Notes: a model not told the origin generated them from the sequence alone. A DNA stretch of 64,000 bases from Escherichia coli (GCF_013315695.1 NZ_CP054355.1); one strand, 5' to 3'; positions 39,607-50,350 are shown, numbered from the stretch's first letter. Made by a program: numbers and translations.

Positions 39607-42594
39607 TTAAGGCTGTTTTTTGTACTGACTGACATCAACTGCTCGCAAAGGACGATACTTCCCTTCAGCCAGCTTCTTATTGTTTTTCCAGATATAGTCC
39701 CCTGTCAGATTAATGTGCTCCCAGCCCAGCGGAGACAAATGTGACAACAATTGCTCATTAATATGTAGCCCTTTCTTTTTCAGCAGGTTAATGGCGTTTT
39801 CTATATATACGGTATTCCACAAAGTGATTGCGGCAGTGAGCAGCGTAAGCCCACTGGCGCGGTAACTCTGGTTTTCAATACCACGATCCCTTATTTCTCC
39901 CAGACGATGCATGAAGACAGCTCTGGCAAGGGCATTCCGGGCTTCCCCTTTGTTCAGACCTGCCTGAACCCTACGACGAAGCGCCGGATCGCGGAACCAG
40001 TCCAGCATGAACAGTGTTCGCTCAATACGACCAATTTCTCTTAACGCCTTAGCAAGGCCATTCTGTTTCGGATAACTGGTCAATTTTTTCAGCATCAGAG
40101 AAGCGGTCACTGTTCCCTGTTTTATTGAGGTCGCCAGTCTCAGAATTTCATTCCAGTGTATTTTTATCTCTTTGATATTCAGGGGGGTTGTGGAGATAAT
40201 TGACTGTAGAGCAGGATAGTTATCAGCTTTACCTTGAATAAACAAACGTTTGTCATGCAGATCCCGGATCCTTGGGGCAAAAGCGAATCCCAGCAGATGC
40301 ATTAGTGCAAAAACATGCTCCGTGAAACCTGCTGTATCGGTGTAATGTTCCGTTATATCAAGGTCACTTTCGTGATACAGAAGACCATCAAGTACGTGGG
40401 TGGAATCACGAACACGACTGATTACTTTGGTATAAAACGGACTATATTGATCTGAGATATGCGTATAAAACTGCACCCCAGGTTCCTGACCGTACTTCAA
40501 ATTAACCTGACCGGCATAGCGCCCATGACTGCCAACCCTAAAATTCTGGCCGTCAGAGGATGAGGTGGAACCGTCTCCCCATAATGCCGCCAGCGGTCGT
40601 GACTTCTGGGCATTAACCAGTTCTGCCAGTGCAGCAGAGTACGTTTCATCACGGATGTACCATGCTTGTATGTTTTCCAGCGAAGCTCGTGTGGTTCCCG
40701 GACAGGACTCTGCCATTTTTTCCAACCCTAGATTGATGCCGTCCGCCAGGATAGTGGTTAGTAGTAAACGATTATCCTGAGGACGGATTAGCGGATTCTT
40801 AAGATGAGTAAAATGTCGCGAGAAGGCAGTCCATCGCTCGACTTCATCAAGTATCTCTGTAATTTTGGGGTGCGGTAGCATGTTGTAAATCAGGTCGGCC
40901 AGGGGAGAGACTGTTGAAGGAACGCTGTTATCCAGTGGGGTGATCTTTACACCTTTATCTGAAATATCCACATCAGGAAGCTCCCCTGCGACAGCCATTG
41001 CGTTAACTTCCTCCAGACGGGAGGCCAGTAGAGTCAGTCTGGCATTAAGATAAGCCCCGCATTCTGTGCCAACAGGTAAATTTAATAGGTTATTATTTAA
41101 TAACTTTTCGAAATCATCGTTAGGCATAAGATAATCATCAAAGTTTTTGTAGCGCCGGGAGCCCCTGACCCAGATATCACCCGCCCGCAGCGCCCCCTTT
41201 AGCTCATTCATTGCGCAAATTTCATAGTATTGTCGGTCAATGCCTGAGGGGGTGACCACCATCTTTCTCCAGCTCTCAGGAATGAAATCCAGTGGTGCCG
41301 ATGCAGGAACCTTTCGTAGCTGTTTACGGTACATATCACGAATAGTTTCAAGGGCATCATTAAGCGGCAACGCTGCCGAAGTGGCTCTCAGTTGCAGGGC
41401 CGATAGAAAACGAAAAGAATATTTGCGCAATGTACTGAATTTTTCGGTAATAAGATGAAGCGGCTCAAAATTATCCTTACGTGCAAGAAGCTTTGTTTCC
41501 TCCAGACTGGCGACAAAATCGTCCCACGGTAACACTCGTTCAATAGCAGACAGAGGATCTTCGCCTGCATTGCGTGCATCCAGGATAGCCTGGCCAACAG
41601 AAACATACTGACGTAACTTTTGCTGTATCAACTTGCCCGTTTTCTGAAGACGCTCAGCCTGCTGATGTTTTGCCCGACTGAACATGCTGCCTAGAATACG
41701 TTCATGCAGTTCTATAATTTCATCAATGATTGTGGCTCTGGCCTCAGTCAGTACACAGACCATCGTTGCGTATCGACGAGCAGGGGAAAAATCAGCCAGA
41801 TCGCGACTGCTCATTTTGCGGCCCTCACGCGCGAGTTTCAGCAATCGGTTCTGGTGAACGGTTCTCTCCACTCCTTCCGGCAGCGCCAGAGCTTCAATAG
41901 CGTTAAGGCGGTCAATGTGTTGCAGGACATTCTTTCCATTGATTTTCCCTGGAGGTTGAAGCAGCCACGTCAAACGGGATATTTGTTTTTCATTTGTCAC
42001 CAACAGGGCATCAAGCGCAGATTTATGCGTGATATCAAGGTGCGCATTCAGCGTTGTATACACCGTTTTATCACCCAGTGTCATTGCTTCTGCACAGGTA
42101 CGTTCCAGAACATCAATGCCTGGAATAATAATTCGCTGTTGATGCAGGTACTTTAGTAACTCCTCTGCGATAAGTATGCCTCTGTCCGTTCTGGTAGACA
42201 GAGGGAGCAGATGCCGGATACATTCTTTCTGAAGTGCACCGTTAAAGGCTTTCAGTTCAAGATATCGATAAAGTTCCCTCATATGCTCACGTCTGGTGGT
42301 ATCACGACCGGAAACGTATTCCTGCCAAAGTTCTGCTGATAACTTAAGTCGAGCGCCAATGGTTTTTAGCAATTTTGCGGGTGGGGATGATTTTTTATCC
42401 GGGGCAAACCCAATACTTTTCAGATAACAGAGAAGAACGGCAAAACCAAACCGGCTGGCAGGTTTACGGTGAGCATTGATAATTGCCAGATCCTGCTCAC
42501 TGAAATACGTCATTCGAGTCAGTGTTAACTCATCGTCTGGCAATGCCAGTAATGATTCTCTTTCCGATAGAGAAAGAATCTGCCTCCTTGCCAT
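39607..42594 (-). CDS. tnpA: Tn3-family transposase TnpA
   Basis: 995 aa; C-terminal DDE region typical of Tn3 family; ends inside IR. Confidence 0.9.
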   Translation of the reverse strand: MARRQILSLSERESLLALPDDELTLTRMTYFSEQDLAIINAHRKPASRFGFAVLLCYLKSIGFAPDKKSSPPAKLLKTIGARLKLSAELWQEYVSGRDTTRREHMRELYRYLELKAFNGALQKECIRHLLPLSTRTDRGILIAEELLKYLHQQRIIIPGIDVLERTCAEAMTLGDKTVYTTLNAHLDITHKSALDALLVTNEKQISRLTWLLQPPGKINGKNVLQHIDRLNAIEALALPEGVERTVHQNRLLKLAREGRKMSSRDLADFSPARRYATMVCVLTEARATIIDEIIELHERILGSMFSRAKHQQAERLQKTGKLIQQKLRQYVSVGQAILDARNAGEDPLSAIERVLPWDDFVASLEETKLLARKDNFEPLHLITEKFSTLRKYSFRFLSALQLRATSAALPLNDALETIRDMYRKQLRKVPASAPLDFIPESWRKMVVTPSGIDRQYYEICAMNELKGALRAGDIWVRGSRRYKNFDDYLMPNDDFEKLLNNNLLNLPVGTECGAYLNARLTLLASRLEEVNAMAVAGELPDVDISDKGVKITPLDNSVPSTVSPLADLIYNMLPHPKITEILDEVERWTAFSRHFTHLKNPLIRPQDNRLLLTTILADGINLGLEKMAESCPGTTRASLENIQAWYIRDETYSAALAELVNAQKSRPLAALWGDGSTSSSDGQNFRVGSHGRYAGQVNLKYGQEPGVQFYTHISDQYSPFYTKVISRVRDSTHVLDGLLYHESDLDITEHYTDTAGFTEHVFALMHLLGFAFAPRIRDLHDKRLFIQGKADNYPALQSIISTTPLNIKEIKIHWNEILRLATSIKQGTVTASLMLKKLTSYPKQNGLAKALREIGRIERTLFMLDWFRDPALRRRVQAGLNKGEARNALARAVFMHRLGEIRDRGIENQSYRASGLTLLTAAITLWNTVYIENAINLLKKKGLHINEQLLSHLSPLGWEHINLTGDYIWKNNKKLAEGKYRPLRAVDVSQYKKQP

Positions 42595-42760
42595 ATAGTT
42601 ATCCTTGTTAATTATTTAGTACGTTATTTTTGATGAAAAGGTTATTGCATAAGGGTACACCCTGATGCGAGATATAAAATGTGACCTCATACAAATAATG
42701 ACATAACCTATATGCGATAGAATATATGCAACAACCTAAATGCGACAATGCGGTGAAAAA
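42595..42760. promoter_or_regulatory. Probable res site and divergent promoters between tnpA and tnpR
   Basis: Position only, by analogy with Tn3-family organisation. Confidence 0.35.
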
Positions 42761-43402
42761 ATGTTCATCAGAGCTTATTTAAGGGCGTCAACAGAAGATC
42801 AGTTTGCAGATCGAGCAAAAGAGATGCTGGAACAGTTCGTCCAAGAACGGGGGCATAAAATTGCCAGTTATTATCGGGAGAACATAAGCGGTACAAAACT
42901 TGACCGTCCGGAACTGAAACGCTTACTGATGGACAGTCACCGTAATGATATTTTGCTGGTCGAGCAGATAGACCGCCTGACCCGACTGAGTAACAGCGAC
43001 TGGATAACGCTGAAAAAGCAGATAGAACAACACGAACTGCGGATTGTCAGTCTGGATGTTCCAACATCATGGCAAGCCCTGTCAGATAAAGATCCTTCAC
43101 AATCAGATCCGATTACCCGCGCAGTGATAACTGCAATAAATAATATGCTTATAGACCTGATGGCCGCGATGTCGCATAAGGACTGGCTGAGTCGTCGCCA
43201 ACGCCAAAAACAGGGAATTGAACGAGCTCATACGTTGGGTAAATACCGGGGAAAACAGGCCGATCAGGAACGTCATCAGAAAGTGTTGTACTACAGACAA
43301 GTAAAAAAACTCAGCATTAGAGAAACAGCAGATGCAACGGGCTACAGCACTTCGCAGGTTTGTCGCATTCAGGCTCTCTATAAAGAGGTTAAACCTGATT
43401 AA
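42761..43402 (+). CDS. tnpR: Serine recombinase / resolvase TnpR
   Basis: ORF 42740..43402, likely start MFIRAYLRAS; serine recombinase N-terminal catalytic pattern and C-terminal HTH. Confidence 0.85.
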   Translation: MFIRAYLRASTEDQFADRAKEMLEQFVQERGHKIASYYRENISGTKLDRPELKRLLMDSHRNDILLVEQIDRLTRLSNSDWITLKKQIEQHELRIVSLDVPTSWQALSDKDPSQSDPITRAVITAINNMLIDLMAAMSHKDWLSRRQRQKQGIERAHTLGKYRGKQADQERHQKVLYYRQVKKLSIRETADATGYSTSQVCRIQALYKEVKPD

Positions 43403-43450
43403 AAAACAGCCTTAACGTACAATATTTTCCGTTTCCCAAACGGAGCCCTG

Positions 43451-43845
43451 CTAGCCTTTTCGTAATCATGCCATTGGAGATCATCTGGATTGATGTTAGG
43501 CATGACGTCTTGGCTGTAAAGCAAAAAATCAAGTGAGTCATCCATGATCTTCTCAAAACGCTTACTGCGGTTGTTTCTGTCACTAATAGAGCCCGCCTGA
43601 TACCACCTTTCCGACAACTGCCGATATCGAAGGAAGTGCTCATCCTCTTTCAGTTGATGAAACTGGTTCCTGATTTGTGCATCAAGCCGAATTGCCAGAC
43701 CAGTAAAATCAGGTAACACAACCTTATGAGGGGCATTTTTGGGAGAAATCAGAGAAATGAATTCAGAAACCTGCATATCCTTGCTCTGAGGCCCGTAACG
43801 TTTATCAGAGCGGCGGGTGCCAATAAAAAAGCTTTCAATCGTCAT
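43451..43845 (-). CDS. Hypothetical protein (about 130 native codons, 3' end fused into Tn3-family IR)
   Basis: ORF 43399..43845 continues into the IR, so the native C-terminus is probably lost. Confidence 0.3.
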
Positions 43846-43883
43846 GATTTACCATATTAATCAGTATGTTACTCATTTATGTG

Positions 43884-44057
43884 TGTATGAGGTTACATGT
43901 AGTACAGATGTAAAACCGGCGTAAGCCGGTGCGTTCGTCCGAAATAACCAATCCGTTCGTCCAGTTCAATGGCTGCTATCAGGTTCTGCTCCGCAATGTA
44001 TTCACGAATGCGCTTCCTGTCCTGGCTGGCCAGCATGGTCCAGAATATCTCCATCAT
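43884..44057 (-). pseudogene. ParE/RelE-family toxin gene, truncated after about 45 codons
   Basis: Manual translation MMEIFWTMLASQDRKRIREYIAEQNLIAAIELDERIGYFG... then unrelated sequence and stop; ATG overlaps antitoxin stop (ATGA). Confidence 0.45.
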
Positions 44058-44323
44058 TTACCGGCAACCTTCCTGCTCATTTCATCTCGCCATGCTGCAG
44101 CAGAGGATTCGACCATGTCATGGGGAAGTACATCGCCGTGCTCGAGTTGCTGACGTCCTGCCTCAACCTGGTCACGGAACCAGGTATTATGCTGCCGTTC
44201 AACGGTCTGACGCATAAAATCCCGGATTAACTGAGAGCCATTACGGTCCATGCTTTTTGCAGCGGCCATAAAAGCATCCTTCAGTTCAGCGTCGATTCTT
44301 AAACTCATATTAACCTGTGCCAT
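44054..44323 (-). CDS. Ribbon-helix-helix antitoxin (ParD/RelB-like)
   Basis: 89 aa MAQVNMSLRIDAELKDAFMAAAKSMDRNGSQLIRDFMRQTVER...; upstream of and overlapping the toxin fragment. Confidence 0.55.
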   Translation of the reverse strand: MAQVNMSLRIDAELKDAFMAAAKSMDRNGSQLIRDFMRQTVERQHNTWFRDQVEAGRQQLEHGDVLPHDMVESSAAAWRDEMSRKVAGK

Positions 44324-45236
44324 TTATCACCTCGTCATTACTACGTATATACACAGTATATAACGATTCAGACATCGTCACCAGGATATGCCGCGTCAGC
44401 GGCATGGAAGGCGGCACGCTGTGGTTACATGTGATACCGGAGTAAAACCGCCGAAGCCCGGCGTCAGCCGATACTGATTGATAGATTTCACCTTACCCAT
44501 CCCCAGCCCTGCCAGACCATACCCGCTTTCAGCCATGAGAGAGCTTCTGTGCGCGGTCGGAGTGGTCCCGACGAGGGTTTACCCGAAGTCGGGGCGTATC
44601 TCCGCGTTAGCGGGCCGTGAGGGCCGCTTACGAGCGTGTACTGAGAACTTCCAGCGAGAAGACTGACAGCGATGATGATGTAGTTACAACATTCATAATT
44701 AAAAGCGACTCTGTTCCGGCCCTTCGGGCCGGGGCGGGGCCGCTTTTCAGTTATGAGGGAGGGGCTTTGTTGTTTCGGTTCTGCGCTGGACCGGGGTTTT
44801 CCTGGTGGTTGTATTTGAGTGTTGTAACTAAAATGGCTCCGGTCGGGGCCCGCCGCTTGCGGTGGGAGGTGCATATCTGTCTGTCCACAGGACAGGCAAT
44901 GAACAGGTTTTCTTTTTAAATGAATGTAATTAAGTAGTTTAAAGGAGATATAAACAGGTGTTTAAAAGATACATTGCACCCTGTAACGCTGGCGGCTGGC
45001 GCTTTATGAGGTGAACGGTTGTAACCTTATCGGGAAGTCCCTTGCAGTTTAATGTGGATAAGCACAATTACCCGTCTGTGAGGCGTATTTTGTATTAAAA
45101 ACAGGGGGAACCGGATGCACCTGAAGGTGGATGGTGAGGTTATTTTTTGTATGTGGTGCTGATTTTTTGTGCACTGGCGGGCTTCAGGCGTGCGGAAGCC
45201 TCCGGCGCGTGCCGGATTATTCTGAGGAGGTCACTT

Positions 45237-46094
45237 TCAGGGGGAAGCTGTAGCCAGCCGGCTGTAATTGCGGTTACGTGACAGAATCATGCGCTCCTTC
45301 ACACGACGCTCCACTTCGCGTTTTACCGTCTCACCATTAGCAGTAAAGCGCCCTTCCGAGATTTCACGCGTCAGCTGCCGTTTCACCAGGGTGACGATAT
45401 CCTGACGTTCCCTGTTCGCATCACGACGCGCACGGGCACGTTTTATTCCACGGGACTTAAGCTCTGTCTGGTAACTGCGGAAACGCTCACGCACAAAACG
45501 CCAGGCTTTCGCTATTAGTTCATCCATACCCAGGGTATCCAGCCCCTGTTTTTTGCGCTGTCTGTTTTCCCATTCAACACGACTGCGGCGCGCAGCTGCC
45601 ACTGCATCCTCAGACACATCAAGGGCAGCAAACAGAGCCGGTGTGAACGTGATATCGGTCGGAATGTAGCACCCGATAAGCGGGTCATATTCCGTCTGGT
45701 AGGTAATCAACCCCAGCTCTGACAGGAACGTCAGGGCACGGGTGGCACGAGTGATGGAGAGTTTTCCTGCACCGGACTCTGTCGCCAGTCCGCACTCAAT
45801 GGCCAGCGTGGTGATGGAGCACTGGACGCGGTTGGCCAGCGGGTCATAGTGGAAACACAGCCCCTGCAGGAGCGCATCAATAGCCCGTCGACGCAGCACC
45901 GGTGGCATGCGTCGACGCAGACCACGCGAACGGGCATGCGCCACATGAATGGCGAAATCAAAACGGGAGGTGAAGCCCACCGCCTTTTCCATCAGTTTTT
46001 CGCAGAACTTCAGCGTTCCGGCACCTTTACGGGGTGTAAACACCGGATTCGGGTTCTTTACCTGGCGGTAATACGTTTGGTGAAGATCAGTCAC
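45237..46094 (-). CDS. repA1: IncFII (RepFIIA) replication initiator RepA1
   Basis: ORF 45237..46106; ...[64 protein letters not shown]... matches R100/R1 RepA1. Confidence 0.9.
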   Translation of the reverse strand: MTDLHQTYYRQVKNPNPVFTPRKGAGTLKFCEKLMEKAVGFTSRFDFAIHVAHARSRGLRRRMPPVLRRRAIDALLQGLCFHYDPLANRVQCSITTLAIECGLATESGAGKLSITRATRALTFLSELGLITYQTEYDPLIGCYIPTDITFTPALFAALDVSEDAVAAARRSRVEWENRQRKKQGLDTLGMDELIAKAWRFVRERFRSYQTELKSRGIKRARARRDANRERQDIVTLVKRQLTREISEGRFTANGETVKREVERRVKERMILSRNRNYSRLATASP

Positions 46095-46231
46095 ACCATC
46101 CTGCACTTATGTTGCACAGAAGGAGTGAGCACAGAAAGAAGTCTTGAACTTTTCCGGGCATATAACTATACTCCCCGCATAGAGCAACAGCTTCTATGCA
46201 GTTTCTTGTTAGCCCCGGTAATCTTTCCTAC

Positions 46232-46330
46232 TCGCCAAAGTTGAAGAAGATTATCGGGGTTTTCGCTTTTCTGGCTCCTGTAAATCCACATCAGAACCAG
46301 TTCCCTGCCACCTTACGGCGTGGCCAGCCA
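46232..46330 (+). ncRNA. copA: CopA antisense RNA region of the IncFII replicon (approximate)
   Basis: Leader sequence gttgaagaagattatcggggttttcgcttttctggctcctgtaaatccacatcagaaccagttccctgccaccttacggcgtggccagccac recognised as the CopA/CopT target region; boundaries and strand inferred. Confidence 0.4.
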
Positions 46331-46405
46331 CAAAATTCCTTAAACGATCAGCAATCTATCACGCACACCAGAAACAGGCAAGAATGTGATGTCGCTACAT
46401 TTTAG

Positions 46406-46654
46406 TTAGCTAAAAGCACTCTTCTGCTTTATCAGTTCGGCAATCATCTCAGCCTGGGTAACGCCCTCAGCTTCACACATCACCTGCAATTGCGCTTTTA
46501 ACGCAGCAGGAATGAACACTCTGAGTTCTTTATGTGTAGCTCGTTTTCTTGCCAGGGATGCCTGCTGACGTTCTGCAAGCGTCAGAGGATTACCTTTTCT
46601 GTATGCTCGCTTTGTACCTGATGAGGAAGTCACTGCATTTTCTGTCTGCGACAT
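46406..46654 (-). CDS. repA2: IncFII copy-number repressor RepA2 (CopB)
   Basis: 82 aa basic protein directly upstream of the repA1 control region. Confidence 0.8.
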   Translation of the reverse strand: MSQTENAVTSSSGTKRAYRKGNPLTLAERQQASLARKRATHKELRVFIPAALKAQLQVMCEAEGVTQAEMIAELIKQKSAFS

Positions 46655-46810
46655 CTCGCCTCCTCAATACTCAAACAGGGATCGTTTCGCAGAGGATACT
46701 ACAGTTTTTTGAAATCAGCGACTTGAGAATTGTGACGAAGATCTGTGTTGGCGCACAAATCAACGGGGATTACTGTCGTTTAATGTGATTTAAACTGTGA
46801 AATAGTATGG

Positions 46811-46895
46811 TTTTCAGTTATGGAAACGCCGGGAGCGGGGAAAACTTGCTTTTTCCCGTTTCCGGGGTTGGACAACTGAGCAACGCGAAGGCGTC
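46811..46895. repeat. Conserved about 85-bp element, copy A (gttttca..ggaaacgccgggag...ccggggttggacaac.gagcaacgcga.ggcgtcagc) followed by hairpin
   Basis: About 75 percent identical by eye to 59537..59620; both copies lie just 3' of a minus-strand gene. Confidence 0.6.
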
Positions 46896-47484
46896 AGCTA
46901 CGATGTTCCGGGGACTGCTGATCAGCCCCTGTTGTATTCAGCCATTCTCCGGTCATCTGCAGCAGTTTTCTGGCATCGTGGCTTCTGAGCAACGGAATAC
47001 CAGCCTGCCTCAGAACCTCTTCCAGAAGAATATCCCGGCGTCTGCGTTCCGGTCGTAAATGGCTGGCATCATCCAGCTCTACTGCTGCAACAATACTGAA
47101 CGAACGCCGCTCAACGATAACCACATCAACATGCCACTGAGACACCATCCTGAATAACTGCCACCACTGGCGTGATCGTGGCCGGATATTCCCGTTCAGC
47201 TGGACGATATCCGCGACCCGTACCTGCGGACACAGATACCACCGCTTCATATCCACAATTCTGAACAGTCCTTTCATAAAACTGACTTCCCTTTCTGTCA
47301 GCAGCGTCTTCTGACGTTGCCAGTATTCACCGCCGGACAGTATTCGCTCTGCATCACCGGTCCGTATACCTGCCGCATGCAACTGCATCAGCAAAGGAGA
47401 ATGCTGATTTACACTTCTGAGGATAATCCGGATAAGTAACGCTGCAATAATCAGAACAATGAGAATAAAAATAATCAGCTTCAT
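46894..47484 (-). CDS. Conserved IncF backbone protein with N-terminal TM helix (possibly DUF2726 nuclease-like)
   Basis: 196 aa ORF; position between repA2 and finO; family from memory only. Confidence 0.45.
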   Translation of the reverse strand: MKLIIFILIVLIIAALLIRIILRSVNQHSPLLMQLHAAGIRTGDAERILSGGEYWQRQKTLLTEREVSFMKGLFRIVDMKRWYLCPQVRVADIVQLNGNIRPRSRQWWQLFRMVSQWHVDVVIVERRSFSIVAAVELDDASHLRPERRRRDILLEEVLRQAGIPLLRSHDARKLLQMTGEWLNTTGADQQSPEHRS

Positions 47485-47521
47485 TGTTTATCTGCTCCTG
47501 GTAATTAATTATTCTGAATTA

Positions 47522-47731
47522 TTACCTTACATATTTCCATATCTCTTTTGGTATCCTGTCATATAACTTTCCGGTGATTAATTCCGCTAACCGGTGGTCT
47601 GCTGCTGAATTAAATGATTCACGTTCACTGGTTGATAAACTGTCTCTGTTTTTATGAATAATTTTTTCCAGCGTATTGACTGATGAACATCGCCGTAACT
47701 GATACAGCCATTCCTGTTTTGTTTTTGCCAT
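47522..47731 (-). CDS. Hypothetical protein (69 aa), IncF backbone
   Basis: ORF track only. Confidence 0.35.
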   Translation of the reverse strand: MAKTKQEWLYQLRRCSSVNTLEKIIHKNRDSLSTSERESFNSAADHRLAELITGKLYDRIPKEIWKYVR

Positions 47732-47776
47732 TTTTATTCCCGCTGAGAACAGATGAATGATAAGATTGCCAGCGCT

Positions 47777-48238
47777 TTATTTACGGTGTCTCCATATCCA
47801 GGGGGGAACCGGATCAGCATCTGACCAGAGCCCACGTTTTTGTTGTCTGGCTTCGTTCTGAAAGACAGGCAGCACGGGATCTGTGTTGTACTGCTCATAT
47901 ACCCAGGCAGCCCCGGCCCGGACCATAAACTGATTAACATTCATTCCGTCTGGTGCATAAACCTGCCCGAGAATACGGCCATAACGATCTCGCTGAAAAT
48001 ATGTGACGGTAACCGTTTTTCCTGCAACCAGTGATTTCATCATGTCCGTTGACCACCGGCCATAATCCTGTTTCTTTTCCGGTGCATCAATATTTACCAG
48101 CCTGATCCGCACCGCCTTCCGTGAGTCCATGACCTCGATGGTATCACCGTCCAGTACACGAACAACCCGTCCATGAATATCTGCAGACAATACCGGCCAT
48201 GAAAAGATAAATAATACCAGTGGAATATATTTCATCAT
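47777..48238 (-). CDS. nuc: Secreted thermonuclease (micrococcal nuclease family)
   Basis: ORF 47777..48334, likely start MMKYIPLV with signal peptide; ...LDGDTIEV...RIRLVNIDAPEK...YGR nuclease motifs. Confidence 0.7.
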   Translation of the reverse strand: MMKYIPLVLFIFSWPVLSADIHGRVVRVLDGDTIEVMDSRKAVRIRLVNIDAPEKKQDYGRWSTDMMKSLVAGKTVTVTYFQRDRYGRILGQVYAPDGMNVNQFMVRAGAAWVYEQYNTDPVLPVFQNEARQQKRGLWSDADPVPPWIWRHRK

Positions 48239-48826
48239 GTTATTCTCCATATCAGATAAATGGCACCTGTATTTCAGGCATCCTGAACATTGCAGCACAC
48301 AATGAATAACACCTTGTTTTGTGAAATAAATCACAAAATATAAAATCTCGACTTAATACGGAAAAAACTCTGTGCTACTCAGAACTGTACGGTCATACTG
48401 CCCGACCGGATATTAAAAAAAGCAAATCTCATGCATTATTCAGCCTTCTGAATCCCTGGAGTAATGAAGGCTGCTTTTTTCGTTACACCCTTCCCCGGCT
48501 GCGCCGGTGGCAGTGTTCAGCCCTTTTTCGGGCAAACTGCTGCCAGTCTGTCCGGGGCGCAACACCGGCAGCCCGTCGCCATGCTTCTGCCGCTTCCATC
48601 CAGCGTCCACTGACCTCCAGAATAACGGCCCGGCTTCCGGCACGCTGCCAGCGCCAGACCTGACCGTTCCGTGAACTGTTTCTGAATCCATTCATCTTTA
48701 TCACTCCTCTTTAACCCGTCAGTATTATGGTGTTAAATAATCTACTGAATTGGCTTCCTTTCGGGTACGGAAGTTATTTCCTTTTAAGCCTTATTTCCCT
48801 GCCTCCTCTCTGATGGAGGCTTTTTT

Positions 48827-49387
48827 TTATTTCTCATCAAGCACGGCCTGAAGTTCTGCCTTTATCCGGTTCTGGCGGCGGATTTTATCCAGACGCGCTG
48901 CCGCATACGCTTCCTCCTCCTGAGAAATATGCTCCGTCACATACCCTTCCGTGTCATACCGGCAGGCACCGGCTTTCATGGCACACAGATAGCTTTCTGA
49001 ACGGGTGATGGCCTTCAGCGCCCTGCGCAGTTTTTTATGCGAGAGCGGGATATTCCGCTGCGCCACGTCTTCCAGTAACACGTCCCGGATACCGCAGGCC
49101 AGAAGTCGGGGTGTGTCACCGTCAAATAATCCCGGCCACCAGGGTTTCAGGGTGTTCACGGCCTCATCCAGCGAGGGCAGGTTCAGATAAATGGACAGCG
49201 CCTGTCTGGCCTGCGCTTTTTTTGCTGTCAGCTCTGCTTCCCGGGCAGCCTTCTCCGCCAGTTTCTGCTTTTTCACCTTCCATTTTGGTGGCGTGGTGAC
49301 ATTGATGATGGTTTTCCGGCTCCGGGTCGGTGTTTCCCCTTCCGTTTTCCGTTTCAGTGTCAGTACCGGTCGTTTCTGCTCTGTCAT
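48827..49387 (-). CDS. finO: Fertility inhibition protein FinO (RNA chaperone), apparently intact
   Basis: 186 aa [40 protein letters not shown]... matches FinO. Confidence 0.85.
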   Translation of the reverse strand: MTEQKRPVLTLKRKTEGETPTRSRKTIINVTTPPKWKVKKQKLAEKAAREAELTAKKAQARQALSIYLNLPSLDEAVNTLKPWWPGLFDGDTPRLLACGIRDVLLEDVAQRNIPLSHKKLRRALKAITRSESYLCAMKAGACRYDTEGYVTEHISQEEEAYAAARLDKIRRQNRIKAELQAVLDEK

Positions 49388-49489
49388 GATTGCCCTGACC
49401 TTTGTGAAAATATGTCCTCCAGGTCGTTGAAACTACTCACTATGATATTAAGCTGACCTCAACGACCTCTGACATATTAATACCGACAA

Positions 49490-50350
49490 TTAAAGATGTT
49501 TTTTAAACCATTGCGTCTGTACTGCCGCCACACGTTCAAAAAACGCGCCTTCATAAATATCATAATGGCATGCGTCAGCTTCCTCGTATAATTCCTTAGT
49601 ACCAGAAGCAACAGCATCATATAAGGCTTTTCCCTGTTCTGGTGGATTAACACTATCCTGGCCGGCAATAACAATCAAAACTGGGCACTGTACTTTGGCT
49701 GCGCTCTCTGCCGGTTTATATTGCAACGTCTCCATAACCGTAAGGAAAGGTATTTTTATATCCATTTCAGGATACTGACCTTTTACCTTCTCGAAGAATA
49801 CCTTTGATTCATTATCACTCAGTACCCGGGTAACCCCCACAAACATCTCTTTCCCGGTGTTTTTCTTCTTCTCTGCCATTTTATTCAGCGTGGACAGAAA
49901 AGACGCTCTCTCCGATTCATTCATCTCTCCGGTAACCAGAACATCACCGTCAGCAAAAGCCAGCTGGCTGACAATACATTTTACGCGTTGGTCCTGCGCA
50001 GCTGCACTGAAGACATGCCCCCCTCCCAGCGATGTTCCCCATAACCCAATACGCTGATTATCAATACATTCCTGCTTTTCTGCCCAATTGATAACTGAAA
50101 TAATATCTTCGGTCTGCATTGCAGGAACCAGACGCCCTCGTTCTCCATCACTCTCACCGAATCCTCGATAATCAAAAGTAATCGTTGCGAATCCTGCTTC
50201 TGTAAAGGCATTCGCAAAGCAAGGGAGCAGAACATTCCTGATACCGCAAAACCCATGGCATAAGATAATCAAAGGATGTTTTATATTTCCTTCAGGAACA
50301 CGAAATGTCAGGGCAATACCTTCAGAGAGTTTGTGATCCGTAATTTTCAT
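49490..50350 (-). CDS. Alpha/beta hydrolase (dienelactone hydrolase-like)
   Basis: 286 aa; GxSxGG nucleophile elbow (GLWGTSLGGG); located between traX and finO. Confidence 0.6.
   Translation of the reverse strand: MKITDHKLSEGIALTFRVPEGNIKHPLIILCHGFCGIRNVLLPCFANAFTEAGFATITFDYRGFGESDGERGRLVPAMQTEDIISVINWAEKQECIDNQRIGLWGTSLGGGHVFSAAAQDQRVKCIVSQLAFADGDVLVTGEMNESERASFLSTLNKMAEKKKNTGKEMFVGVTRVLSDNESKVFFEKVKGQYPEMDIKIPFLTVMETLQYKPAESAAKVQCPVLIVIAGQDSVNPPEQGKALYDAVASGTKELYEEADACHYDIYEGAFFERVAAVQTQWFKKHL

Larger units (their letters stand above)
39572..43450. mobile_element. Compact Tn3-family transposon (IR - tnpA - res - tnpR - IR), no passenger genes
   Basis: Identical 38-bp IRs gggctccgtttgggaaacggaaaatattgtacgttaag at 39572..39609 and inverted at 43413..43450; divergent tnpA/tnpR. 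Confidence 0.75.
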
